In this document: piece by piece, positions 17,658 to 26,632 of the stretch | Layout: every line of letters starts with the position of its first letter | Numbering within the stretch: the stretch's first letter is position 1 | NCBI GenBank assembly: GCA_020725105.1 | Contig: DYFQ01000004.1 | Span: 3,127-67,126 of the forward strand | DNA: 64,000 nt | Reading direction: 5' to 3' | From: Symbiobacterium thermophilum | GTDB taxonomy: Bacteria; Bacillota; Sulfobacillia; DYFQ01 | The notes under the pieces: model-generated | Told to the model about the DNA's origin: nothing | Seen by the model: the letters and a program-made list of their open reading frames with translations, nothing else | Database searches by the model: none | Position numbers and translations under genes: made by a program

Positions 17658-19312
17658 CTCCGGTCGTCTCCACCTTCGCGTCCCGTCCCGCCCGGCAGCG
17701 GTACTGTCACAGTGATCCGGGTTCCGCGCCCTGGTTCCGACTCGACCTGACAAGTTCCCCCGACCAGCTTGGCCCGTTCCTTCATGGTGAAAAGCCCTGC
17801 GCCCCGGCCGCCTGGCTCCACCCGCGTCAGCCGGCCAACCTCAAACCCCCGGCCGTCGTCTTCCACCCGGAGCACGCACTCGTTCTCGTCGCACTCCAGC
17901 CGAATGGAGGCATGCCTGGCGCCGGAGTGCTCCAGGATGTTGCCGATCAGCCCCTGCGCCACGCGGAAAAAGGTCATCTCCACCTCGGAGGGGAGGCGCT
18001 TGTCCATGCCCTTGAACTCCGTGGTTACGGCAATCCCCCGGGACTGCAGCATGTCCTTGGCGTAGCGCTGGATGGCGGCCGGCAGCCCGAGCTCATCCAG
18101 CAGGGTCGGCCGGAGCGCCTTCATCAGCTTGACGATCTCATTTCCCATGTGCACCGCCTGGGAGTAGGTCTTGTCCAGCATCTCGACCAGCTCGGGGTCG
18201 TTCACGCCCGTCAGCCCGACCATCTCGATGATCGCCTTGAGGTTCAGGGTGAGGCTCGTCAGGGCCTGACTGGTCCCGTCGTGGAGCTCCCTGGCGATGC
18301 GCTTTCGCTCCTCCTCCTGGGCGCTCAGGGCGCGCTGCAACAGGGCCTGGTAGCGTTGCCGCGCTTCCGCCAGCCGCGCGTAGAGCCTGGCCTGCTCGAC
18401 GGCGGCCCCCAGGTAGTCGCCGATCGACTTGAGCAAGGAGACGTCGTCGGGACTGAAGCGACCGACCACAAGGCTGGCCACGTTCATCACGCCCACCACT
18501 TCGCCCCGGCTCCTCAGCGGTATGCTGGCGAAACCCTTGAGCCCCTCGGCGCTGACCAGGTCGGGCCGGACCGTTCGAGGATCGGTGGAAAGATCCTCAA
18601 GCAGCATGGCCTCACCGGTCGCCGCCACCCGGCCCGCTATTCCCTCTCCCAGGGGTATCCGCATCTCCCGTACGTACTTGGGCGACAGGCCGCGGTGCAC
18701 GCGGTAGTGGAGGGTGTCCGTCTCCCGATCCACGAGCAGGATGCCCCCGCTCGAGCCGTTCACCAGCTCCAGGACGTTGTCCAGGGCGATGGTCAGGATG
18801 GAATCCAGGTCGTGAATGCCGCTCACCGCGCTCGAGACGTGATTGAGGGCGAGCAGCCTATGGTGCTGGCGAAGAATCTGGGTCTCCAGCTGGCGCTCGG
18901 CCGTAACGTCTCGTCTGAGCTCGAGGACGGCCCTCACCTTGCCCTGGCGGTCGCGGACCGGATAGGCACTGATCTTGAGGTATGTCTCTGCCCACGGGAT
19001 GCGGGCCGGATGGATGACGGTGGTCATGCGCCCGGACCGGAGCACGCTGCGCAGGGGACAATCCCAGAGGGGGGCCCCGCACGGTCGGTCACGATCATAG
19101 AAGACCTGGTAGCAAAGCTTCCCGACCGGTGATTCAACGCCCCTTCGCAGCCTGCTGCTGGCAGCCCGGTTGGCAAAGCGGATCCGGAACTCGCCGTCGA
19201 TGACCAGGAGGTCATCTTCCATGCTGTCCGCGATGTCCTGGAGCGTGATGTCGAAACCCGCCTGGCCGGAGGACTCCTGGATGACTATGTCCCGCGTGCC
19301 CACGTCTACCAC
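17654..19312 (-). CDS. Sensor histidine kinase, PAS-GAF-HisKA_3-HATPase
   Basis: Cys-containing PAS (CYQVFYDRDRPCGAPLWDCPL), a GAF domain, an H-box ELHDGTSQ (HisKA_3 / NarX-DegS type) and an ATPase G-box (GRGAGLFTMKERAKLVGG). Start is GTG at 19312 or 19303. Confidence 0.8.
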   Translation of the reverse strand: MVDVGTRDIVIQESSGQAGFDITLQDIADSMEDDLLVIDGEFRIRFANRAASSRLRRGVESPVGKLCYQVFYDRDRPCGAPLWDCPLRSVLRSGRMTTVIHPARIPWAETYLKISAYPVRDRQGKVRAVLELRRDVTAERQLETQILRQHHRLLALNHVSSAVSGIHDLDSILTIALDNVLELVNGSSGGILLVDRETDTLHYRVHRGLSPKYVREMRIPLGEGIAGRVAATGEAMLLEDLSTDPRTVRPDLVSAEGLKGFASIPLRSRGEVVGVMNVASLVVGRFSPDDVSLLKSIGDYLGAAVEQARLYARLAEARQRYQALLQRALSAQEEERKRIARELHDGTSQALTSLTLNLKAIIEMVGLTGVNDPELVEMLDKTYSQAVHMGNEIVKLMKALRPTLLDELGLPAAIQRYAKDMLQSRGIAVTTEFKGMDKRLPSEVEMTFFRVAQGLIGNILEHSGARHASIRLECDENECVLRVEDDGRGFEVGRLTRVEPGGRGAGLFTMKERAKLVGGTCQVESEPGRGTRITVTVPLPGGTGREGGDDRR

Positions 19313-19569
19313 CCCTGAGTGGACAATCCGGGCTGGCCACGTGTTGCCGCCGGGAAGTGGAGATGCTGCAGGGGATGGGCCAGGGCTTTCACGCCTCGGC
19401 CGCCAGCACGTTCAGTGCGTCGAACGGTGGCTGAAACTGCCGCGTCAGCGCGCACCTGGAAGGTACTTTAATCTTGAGCCACAGGCGCTTGGGCTGTCAA
19501 GCGTTCAGCGCCCTGAGGTTTTTGCGTCCGGTCCTTATGGCAACACCTCATTAATAAAACTACGAGAAT

Positions 19570-19599
19570 TTGACCCGTTTTCGGGATTAAGAGTAGAAT
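19570..19599 (+). promoter_or_regulatory. sigmaA-type promoter candidate for the downstream Cys-rich wHTH regulator
   Basis: TTGACC (19570-75), 18-nt spacer, TAGAAT (19594-99), inside an AT-rich island in an otherwise ~70% GC region. RBS AGGGAG lies before ATG at 19626/19632. Confidence 0.4.
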
Positions 19600-19625
19600 T
19601 TCTGTGAGGGTCCAACAGGGAGCGG

Positions 19626-20273
19626 ATGCCAATGATTCCCCAGGGCACCCGGGGAGAGATTCTTCAGTTGCTGAAACGCCACCGGGGGCTGACCATCGCC
19701 CAGCTGGCCAGGGAATTGGGGATCAGTCCCATGGCCGTCCGGCAGCACCTGATGCTGCTGGAGGGCGAGGGGCTGGTGGAAGGCGAGAAAATCCGGGGCC
19801 GCGTCGGCCGGCCGGGCCTCGCCTACCGGCTCACCCGCGACGGCGACGAGATCTTTCCCCGGCGCTACGACGTGCTGGCCGAAACCTTGCTGGACGCCGT
19901 GGCCGAACTGCACGGGCCCGAGACGGTAGACGCCCTGTTCCGGAAGCGGATGGAACGTCAGCTGGCCCGCTACTCCGAGCGCCTGGGCCACCTCGACCTG
20001 CCAGAACGGGTGCGGGAACTGGCCCGCATTCAGGCGGACGGCGGCTACATGGCGGAACCCTGGCGATCAAATGGCAATGCCCGGGGAGAGCATGGCTTTG
20101 TCCAGTACAACTGCCCCATCGCCCTGATCGCCAGGCGGTACCCCGTGGCCTGCCACTACGAGCTTGAACTGTACTGCCGGCTGCTGGGCGCGCCAGTGGA
20201 GCGGGTCGAGTGCATCGCCCAGGGCGGCACCTGCTGCCGCTACCGGATCGGGAACGGGCTGCCCGTCTCGTAA
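19626..20273 (+). CDS. ArsR-like winged-helix transcriptional regulator with C-terminal cysteine-rich domain
   Basis: N-terminal wHTH (EILQLLKRHRGLTIAQLARELGISPMAVRQHLMLLEGEGLV). The C-terminus carries CPIALIARRYPVACHYELELYCRLL...CIAQGGTCCRYRI. It is a paralogue of the CDS at 43031-43774. Confidence 0.7.
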   Translation: MPMIPQGTRGEILQLLKRHRGLTIAQLARELGISPMAVRQHLMLLEGEGLVEGEKIRGRVGRPGLAYRLTRDGDEIFPRRYDVLAETLLDAVAELHGPETVDALFRKRMERQLARYSERLGHLDLPERVRELARIQADGGYMAEPWRSNGNARGEHGFVQYNCPIALIARRYPVACHYELELYCRLLGAPVERVECIAQGGTCCRYRIGNGLPVS

Positions 20274-20279
20274 GCCGGG

Positions 20280-21572
20280 CTAGCCGCCGGCCGCCGCCTC
20301 CTTGACCCGGGTACCTTTCAGGAAGTAGACGGTATCCAGGCGGACCTTCCGGGCCACGGCCGTGATCTGACCGGCATCCACGCGCTCCAGGCCGGCAATG
20401 GCTTCGTCGGGAGTGTCAGGCCGGCCGTCCACGATCCCCCGCATGGTCCGCTCCACGTAGCGGCGGGGCTGATCGACCACGGTCCGCAGGGCGGTGGCCG
20501 CCGATTCCCGCGCCGCCAGCACCTCCTCGGGAGTGAAGTCCCCCCGGCCCATCGCCTCGAACTGCGCCTCCATGATCTCCAGGGCCTGCTCGAAGCGCGC
20601 GGGATCGATGCCCGCGAAGGCCAGCAGCAGCCCCTTGGACGGGTTCAGCCGGGCGTTGGCCGCGTAGGCCAGGCTGGCCCGCTCCCGGACGTTCAGGAAC
20701 AGCTTGGAGTTGGTGGTCCCGCCGACGATCCGGTGGTAAAGCATAAGCGCGTGGTAGTCAGGGTCGGCGTGGGCCACGTTGGTCCGGAAGCCCAGAAAGA
20801 GCCACCCCTGCCCCATCTCCTGCTCTTCCACGACCCGGCGGGCCCGGTCCGGCTGGTGGTAAACGGCAGTCGCCGGTAGCTGCCACGCCTCGCCCCGCTC
20901 CCACCTGAAGGTCCTCCGGGCCAGTTCGGCGACGGCGTCAGCGTCCACGTCCCCCACCACGAAGATGTCCACCGGGCTCCGGGCCAGGACCTCCTGGTGC
21001 AGCCGCCACAGGGAGCGCGGCCCCAGGGCCCGCACCCCCTCGACGGTGCCCAGTTCGTACAGGCCGAAGGGCTCGCCGCGGAACATCTCTTCCACGCACC
21101 GCTGGGCGGCGTAGGCCGGCTTGTTGTCGGCCAGGCGGGCAATTCGCTTCTCCTGCAGTGCCTGCTCCTGCGACACGTACTCGGGATCGAAGCCGCCGTT
21201 CCTGGCCAACGGCCGGGCAACCAGTTCGCCCAGGAACTCGAAGCCCCGCTCCAGTAGACCGGCCTCACCCGTGAAGCGGTCGGCGGGCAGTTCCAGGGTG
21301 AAGCCCAGGGTGTGGCGGTCGCCCACCTTGACCACGTCGGTGAAAAGGGTCGCGCCGTAAAGTCCGGCCAGGGCCGCCTCGATGTCCCGGGTCGTGGGGT
21401 GGCTCCGGGTGCCGCGGCGCAACACCGCCGGCAGCAGGGCGTTGCCGCTCACCCGGTCCGCTTCCAGCGGCAGGTGGAAGAACAGGCTCACCGTGGTCCG
21501 CTTGAACTTCCGGGTCGGCTCCACGTAAAAGTTCATCCCCGGGCCCAGCCCGGTCCGGTGAAAGCTCGCCAT
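20280..21572 (-). CDS. M16-family peptidase-like protein (non-catalytic partner; no HxxEH)
   Basis: Insulinase fold without the zinc-binding HxxEH motif. Sits 6 nt downstream of the catalytic M16 gene. Confidence 0.75.
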   Translation of the reverse strand: MASFHRTGLGPGMNFYVEPTRKFKRTTVSLFFHLPLEADRVSGNALLPAVLRRGTRSHPTTRDIEAALAGLYGATLFTDVVKVGDRHTLGFTLELPADRFTGEAGLLERGFEFLGELVARPLARNGGFDPEYVSQEQALQEKRIARLADNKPAYAAQRCVEEMFRGEPFGLYELGTVEGVRALGPRSLWRLHQEVLARSPVDIFVVGDVDADAVAELARRTFRWERGEAWQLPATAVYHQPDRARRVVEEQEMGQGWLFLGFRTNVAHADPDYHALMLYHRIVGGTTNSKLFLNVRERASLAYAANARLNPSKGLLLAFAGIDPARFEQALEIMEAQFEAMGRGDFTPEEVLAARESAATALRTVVDQPRRYVERTMRGIVDGRPDTPDEAIAGLERVDAGQITAVARKVRLDTVYFLKGTRVKEAAAGG

Positions 21573-21578
21573 CGCGCT

Positions 21579-22889
21579 CTACCGTTCCTTTCCGTCCAGC
21601 GGTTCCACCACGGACGCCACCGACCGGTCCTCCCGGATCACCGTCTGGAGCCAGGCCCTGGCCTCGTCGAGGCCGATGGACCGGATGACCTCGGGCACCT
21701 GGAAGAAGTCCATCTCCAGGAACTTGTAGGCGATGTAGCCGTGGGCCTGATTCTCCGGGACGTCCAGGTGGGCCAGGAACTCGCCGTAGGCCTTGCGGCG
21801 GGCCGTCTCGAAGGCCCGCTCGTCGATGGCGCCGTCCCTGGCCGCCTCAAGGGTGGCCCAGATGCGCTCGCGGAACCGGTCGGGATTGGCCGTCTCCCCA
21901 CCCACAGCCACGTAACTCGCCTGGGGGTACCAGTCGTAACTGAACCAGTACTGCTCGGTGACGGTGCCGTCCTGGTACAGGTCGTAGTAGACCGGGGAGG
22001 CCCTGCCGACGAGGGTTTCCAGCACCAGTTCCCCGGTGAGGTGCCGGCGCAGCCGCCCGGCCCGAGAGCGGACTTCCTGTTCAGGAGGGGTGCCCTTGAC
22101 GCCCAGTTGCACGTAGGGCCGGACGACCCTCATGCGGTGGCGCACCTCGGCCCGGGCCGGGCCGGCAGGCTCGTCCGCCCAGACGCACTGGGCCGGATCC
22201 GGGGCCGTATAACCGCGGGGAGCCATGTCCTGGCGCACCTGCTCGACGACGGCGACCGGCTCCACGTCGCCCACCACGCAGATGGTCATCCGCCCCGGGT
22301 GGTACCAGGTGCGGTGGAGCTCGTAGAGCAGGTCCTTGGTGATCTGGCCGATGGACTCCTCGGTACCCAGCACCCAGTCGCGGAGCGGGTGCCGGTGGTA
22401 CATGGCCTGCAGGAAATTGAGCATCACCATGGCCCGGGGGTCATCGTGGTACATCCGGATCTCCTGGCCGATGATGCCCTGTTCCTTGCGGACGTTCTCC
22501 TCGGTGAAGTACGGGTTCTGCACGTAGTCCAGCAGGAGGTCAAAGCACTCGGCGAACCGGTTCACGGTGGAGAAGAGATAGACGGTGTAGGTCTCGCCGG
22601 TGTAGGCGTTGGGGCTGGCCCCCAGTTCCGAGAAGCGCTGCAGCACGTTGAGTTCCGGCTGCTCGAACATCTTGTGTTCGAGAAAGTGAGCCACTCCCGC
22701 CGGCACCCGCACCCGCCGACGGCCGGCGGTCCAGAACTCGCCGTGCACCGCGCCGTACGGCGTGGCGAAGGCGGCGTATTTCTTCTGGTAACCCGGCTTG
22801 GGGAAGACCACGATCTCCAGCCCGAAGTCTAGCCGTTCGGACACCATGGTCTCGCCAAGCTCGGAAAAGGCCGTTTCAGCCAGCTTCAC
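21579..22889 (-). CDS. M16-family zinc metalloprotease (catalytic subunit)
   Basis: HFLEH zinc-binding motif. GTG start with GGAGG RBS. The N-terminal 35 aa of the tracked ORF was excluded. Confidence 0.8.
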   Translation of the reverse strand: MKLAETAFSELGETMVSERLDFGLEIVVFPKPGYQKKYAAFATPYGAVHGEFWTAGRRRVRVPAGVAHFLEHKMFEQPELNVLQRFSELGASPNAYTGETYTVYLFSTVNRFAECFDLLLDYVQNPYFTEENVRKEQGIIGQEIRMYHDDPRAMVMLNFLQAMYHRHPLRDWVLGTEESIGQITKDLLYELHRTWYHPGRMTICVVGDVEPVAVVEQVRQDMAPRGYTAPDPAQCVWADEPAGPARAEVRHRMRVVRPYVQLGVKGTPPEQEVRSRAGRLRRHLTGELVLETLVGRASPVYYDLYQDGTVTEQYWFSYDWYPQASYVAVGGETANPDRFRERIWATLEAARDGAIDERAFETARRKAYGEFLAHLDVPENQAHGYIAYKFLEMDFFQVPEVIRSIGLDEARAWLQTVIREDRSVASVVEPLDGKER

Positions 22890-23040
22890 TGCCAGGTCCT
22901 CCCTTGCTTCGCGGCTCCGGTGCGGCCACCCGGTTGGGTTCGCCTGCCGGGAAACCGTTCCCTGCGCCCGTTGACACCCGGAGGCGGGAGCCATAGAATG
23001 GGCTCAAAGGTCAAACAAGGTCAAGAGGGAAGGGACCCGC

Positions 23041-24030
23041 ATGGTTCACCCCCCCGAGCAAGCGGACGGTCAGGCCGATCTGACCCTCGATACCCTCTCG
23101 CAAAGCATTTCCCGGGCGGCCGACCTGGTCGGCCCCTCGGTCGTCCAGATCACCACCTCGGGCCGTCTCCGCGGGTGGCGCGGCCGTGAGGGGCTGGGCT
23201 CGGGCATCCTGATGGACTCCGGCGGCCACGTGCTCACCAACGCCCACGTGGTGCAAGGCGCCGACGAACTGATGGTCACCCTGCCCGAGGGCCGGCGTTC
23301 CGGCGCGCGGGTCGTCGGCGCCGACGGCCTCTACGACCTGGCGCTGTTGAGCGTGCCCACGAGCCTGGCCAGACACCCCGCCCGGTTCGGCGAGTCCGAC
23401 CGGCTCAGGGTGGGCCAGGTGGTCATCGCCATCGGCAACCCTCACGGCCTGTCCTGGACCGTCACCATGGGGGTGGTGAGCGCGGTGGACCGCACCATCG
23501 CCACTCCGAACGGCGCGGCCCTGGACGGCCTCCTGCAGACGGACGCCGCCATCAACCCGGGCAACTCCGGCGGACCGCTGGCCACCCCCGACGGGCGCGT
23601 GGTGGGCGTCACCACGGCCATGCTCATGGGTGCCCAGGGGATCGGGTTTGCCATCCCCTCCGCCACCGCTCTGCGCGTCGCCGAGCAGCTGCTGGCCACC
23701 GGACGCGCCGTCCACCCGTGGCTGGGTGTCATCGGCACCCCCGAGATCATCGACGAGCGGTGGGTGAAGGCCTTTGACCTGCCGGCCAGCCGGGGGCTGG
23801 TGGTTACCGAGGTCATCCCGGGCAGCCCGGCGCACCGGGCGGGTATCCGGACCTTCGACATGATCGTCCGGCTGGGCGCCCGGCCCGTCAAGAGCCAGGG
23901 AGACATCCGCCAGGAACTGGCTTCCGCCGGGGTCGGGGCGCTGGTGGACACCGTCGTCCTGCGGGGGACCCGGCTGCTGAGCATCCCGGTCCGGGTGGAG
24001 GAATCGCCGCGGACGGCACGCCTGGCCTAG
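23041..24030 (+). CDS. htrA: HtrA/DegP-family serine protease with PDZ domain
   Basis: Trypsin-like triad context (TNAHVV, D, GNSGGPL) plus a C-terminal PDZ. AGAGGGAAGGGA RBS. Confidence 0.85.
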   Translation: MVHPPEQADGQADLTLDTLSQSISRAADLVGPSVVQITTSGRLRGWRGREGLGSGILMDSGGHVLTNAHVVQGADELMVTLPEGRRSGARVVGADGLYDLALLSVPTSLARHPARFGESDRLRVGQVVIAIGNPHGLSWTVTMGVVSAVDRTIATPNGAALDGLLQTDAAINPGNSGGPLATPDGRVVGVTTAMLMGAQGIGFAIPSATALRVAEQLLATGRAVHPWLGVIGTPEIIDERWVKAFDLPASRGLVVTEVIPGSPAHRAGIRTFDMIVRLGARPVKSQGDIRQELASAGVGALVDTVVLRGTRLLSIPVRVEESPRTARLA

Positions 24031-24099
24031 CCGGCGCGTTGGCGGAGGAAAAAACCCCCGGGCAAGCCGGACCCGCCGGGATACCACACTAGCTACGGA

Positions 24100-25137
24100 A
24101 TGCTTCGAGGGTGTTTCCGGATTGGGGGTTCTGACGTGGGCGACTTCGACTGGCGCCGGCGTCTGGAAGACCTGAGTGCCAGCTGGCGGCGGGTAGACTG
24201 GCGGAGCTTCTGGCGGCGCTGGGGCGTGTGGGTCGGGCTGGGCGGCGTGGTGCTCGTGCTGGCCGTGGCCCGGGGCCTGGACCGAGGTCCCGAGCAGCGA
24301 CCCATCGACCGGGTACGTCTGGGGCCGGAACCCCGGGTCACGGTGGAACTGGACGGCGGCAGCCGTACCCTGCCCATGGACGAGTACGTGGCCGGCGTGG
24401 TCGCCGGCGAGATGGACAACACCTGGCCGGTGGACGCCCTGGCGGCGCAGGCCATCGTGGCCAGGACCTTCGCCCTGCGGGAAATCCAGGACACCGGCGG
24501 CATCATCTCGGCTGACTTCGCGACGGCCCAGGCCTACAAGCCCGACCAGATCAACGACCGGGTGCGGGAGGCGGTCCGCAAGAGCCGTGGCGAGGTCATA
24601 ACCTACCGTGGCGAGTTGATCCGCGCCTTCTTTCACAGTTGCGCCGGCGGCAGGACGGCAACGGCCCAGGAAGGCCTGGGCTTCCGCAAGGAGGAGACAC
24701 CCTACCTTCAGGTGGTCACAGATGACGCCGACTGCACCGGCCGCTTCGGCCAGCGCAAGAACTGGCAGGCGACTTTTGAGAGTCAGGCCGTGCGCCGGGC
24801 CGTCCGACAGGTCACCGGCCGGGACCCCGGTCCCGTCCGGAGCTTCCGGATCGCCGGACGGGGACCTTCCGGCCGCGCCACCGTTTTCGCCGTCAACGGC
24901 GTCCAGGTGCCGGCGCCTGCCTTTCGCCTGGCCATCGGCTCCGAGACCATGCGCTCAACCCTGATCGACCGGATCGAGGTTGTTGGCGGCAGGGTCAGGC
25001 TGGCCGGGCGTGGCTTCGGACACGGTGTGGGGATGGCCCAGTTCGGCGCCCTCGCCCGGGTTCAGCAGGGGTGGTCCCCCGAGCGGGTGATCAGGTACTA
25101 CTTCCGGGACGTGGCCATTGAAAAGCGCTGGGAATGA
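24100..25137 (+). CDS. spoIID: SpoIID/LytB-domain protein (stage II sporulation protein D-like)
   Basis: SpoIID domain with FFHSCAGGRTA and GRGFGHGVGMAQFGA motifs. N-terminal TM segment. Start uncertain. Confidence 0.75.
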   Translation: MLRGCFRIGGSDVGDFDWRRRLEDLSASWRRVDWRSFWRRWGVWVGLGGVVLVLAVARGLDRGPEQRPIDRVRLGPEPRVTVELDGGSRTLPMDEYVAGVVAGEMDNTWPVDALAAQAIVARTFALREIQDTGGIISADFATAQAYKPDQINDRVREAVRKSRGEVITYRGELIRAFFHSCAGGRTATAQEGLGFRKEETPYLQVVTDDADCTGRFGQRKNWQATFESQAVRRAVRQVTGRDPGPVRSFRIAGRGPSGRATVFAVNGVQVPAPAFRLAIGSETMRSTLIDRIEVVGGRVRLAGRGFGHGVGMAQFGALARVQQGWSPERVIRYYFRDVAIEKRWE

Positions 25138-25165
25138 GACCCGGCTACCCGAGCCGCGGCAGGCG

Positions 25166-25750
25166 TCAGACCTCGGCCGGCGGTGGCGGCTGGCCCCCCG
25201 GCGACCACTCTTCCTCCGGGCGGCCCAAACGGCGGTTGACTGCCCGGGCCAGGACGAAGAACAGGTCTGACAGGCGGTTCAGGTACTGGATCACGCTGTC
25301 GTTCACCGCCGCGCCGGCCGCCAGGGTCACCGCCCGCCGTTCCGCCCGGCGGGCCACCGTTCTCGCCAGGTGCAATAACGCCCCCGCCTGCCCGCCGCCC
25401 GGCAGGATGAACCGGGTGAGCGGCGGGAGTCCAGCCTGATAGTGGTCGATGGCCGCCTCCAGCGCCGCCACCCGTTCCGGCCCCACCCTGGGTACCCGCC
25501 GCGCCCGGCCGGCCGCCCCGCGCCGTGCTGTGGTGGCCAGTTCGGCGCCCAGGTCCAGCAGTTCTGACTGGATCCGGCGGAGCAGCGAGTCGACCTCAGG
25601 GTCGTCCAGCGTCGCTCTGACCACGCCGATCAGGCTGTTCAACTCGTCCACGGTACCGTAGGCCTCGACCCGCCGGTGATCCTTGCGGACCCGCTCGCCC
25701 GTGAAGAGGCTGGTGTTTCCGGTATCTCCGGTTCGCGTGTAGATGCGCAT
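25166..25750 (-). CDS. PduO-type ATP:cob(I)alamin adenosyltransferase
   Basis: MRIYTRTGDTGNTSLFTGERVRKDHRRVEAYGTVDELN is the canonical N-terminus of the PduO/MMAB-type ATR. Confidence 0.85.
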   Translation of the reverse strand: MRIYTRTGDTGNTSLFTGERVRKDHRRVEAYGTVDELNSLIGVVRATLDDPEVDSLLRRIQSELLDLGAELATTARRGAAGRARRVPRVGPERVAALEAAIDHYQAGLPPLTRFILPGGGQAGALLHLARTVARRAERRAVTLAAGAAVNDSVIQYLNRLSDLFFVLARAVNRRLGRPEEEWSPGGQPPPPAEV

Positions 25751-25865
25751 CCGCCACCCGCCCTCCGTCTCCCGGACTTCGGCGCGTTCAAGGTCCGTCC
25801 TTCACCTGCCGATAACCAGAGTGCGCGGCCCCTGTCCGGGCCGGCGGCCCGGCGACCGGCGTCCG

Positions 25866-25895
25866 ACCCCCTGATGTTGGCCGGCGCCGGCCGAA
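25866..25895 (+). promoter_or_regulatory. Candidate sigma-I-type autoregulatory promoter elements upstream of sigI
   Basis: ACCCCC (25866-71) and CGAA (25892-95) resemble the -35/-10 elements reported for sigmaI promoters. The 20-nt spacer is longer than I recall for the consensus, so this is tentative. Confidence 0.25.
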
Positions 25896-25918
25896 TCCCA
25901 TACCGGGCAGGATCGTTG

Positions 25919-26632
25919 ATGCAAGCAGCTGACCTTGACCTGCTGGTCATGAAGGCCAAGGGTGGTGACGGCACCAGCCGGGAACTGGTGCTGGAGCGCT
26001 GCCGCCCGTTCATCGTCAGGGTGGCAAGCCGCCAGGCCAAGCGCTTCCTCGACTGGGAGAACGACGACGAGTTGAGCGTCGCCCTGGTGGCCCTCAACGA
26101 AGCCATCGACGCCTACCAGCCCCAGACCGGCGCGGGGTTTCTGGGCTTCGCCCAGGTGGTCATCACCCGCCGGCTGGTGGACTACTTCCGCCGCCAGGGA
26201 AGGCACATGGCGGAGACCCTGGACGGCGGCGGCTGGACCGAGGACGGCAGCCTGGTCCGCCTGGCCCGGCTGGAACAGGCCCGGCGGGAAGAGGAGGCGG
26301 CGCGCGCCGAGGAACTGCAGGAACTGAAGGCGGTGCTCAGCACGTTTGGCATCAGCCTGCGCGAACTGGCCCGGGTGGCGCCGCGCCGCGTGGACGCCCG
26401 CCAAGGCCTGGCGCAGGCCGCCCGGGTGCTGGCCAGCGACCCAGTTCTCGTCCAGCAGCTCTACTTCACCCGGCAACTGCCCCTGGCCGCGCTGGCCGGC
26501 CGGGTCCGGGTGTCGCGCAAGACCCTGGAACGGGGCCGCAAGTACCTGATCGCCCTCGCCATCGTCCTGGACCGGGGCCTGGACCACCTGATCGAGTACC
26601 TCAAACCGCTGTTTCGGGAGGGCCGGGCATGA
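25919..26632 (+). CDS. sigI: RNA polymerase sigma factor SigI
   Basis: 237 aa. The region-2 and region-4 pattern is typical of SigI (LLVMKAKGGDGTSRELVLERCRPFIV, FLGFAQVVITRRLVDYFR). An ATGA overlap leads to a downstream RsgI_N-domain gene. Confidence 0.8.
   Translation: MQAADLDLLVMKAKGGDGTSRELVLERCRPFIVRVASRQAKRFLDWENDDELSVALVALNEAIDAYQPQTGAGFLGFAQVVITRRLVDYFRRQGRHMAETLDGGGWTEDGSLVRLARLEQARREEEAARAEELQELKAVLSTFGISLRELARVAPRRVDARQGLAQAARVLASDPVLVQQLYFTRQLPLAALAGRVRVSRKTLERGRKYLIALAIVLDRGLDHLIEYLKPLFREGRA

Noticed and set aside
21312-24636. ORFs 21312..22832 (+) and 23011..24636 (-), about 500 aa each
   Set aside because: They are antisense to the M16 peptidase and htrA/spoIID genes. Their translations are His/Gly/Pro/Arg-rich with no motifs.
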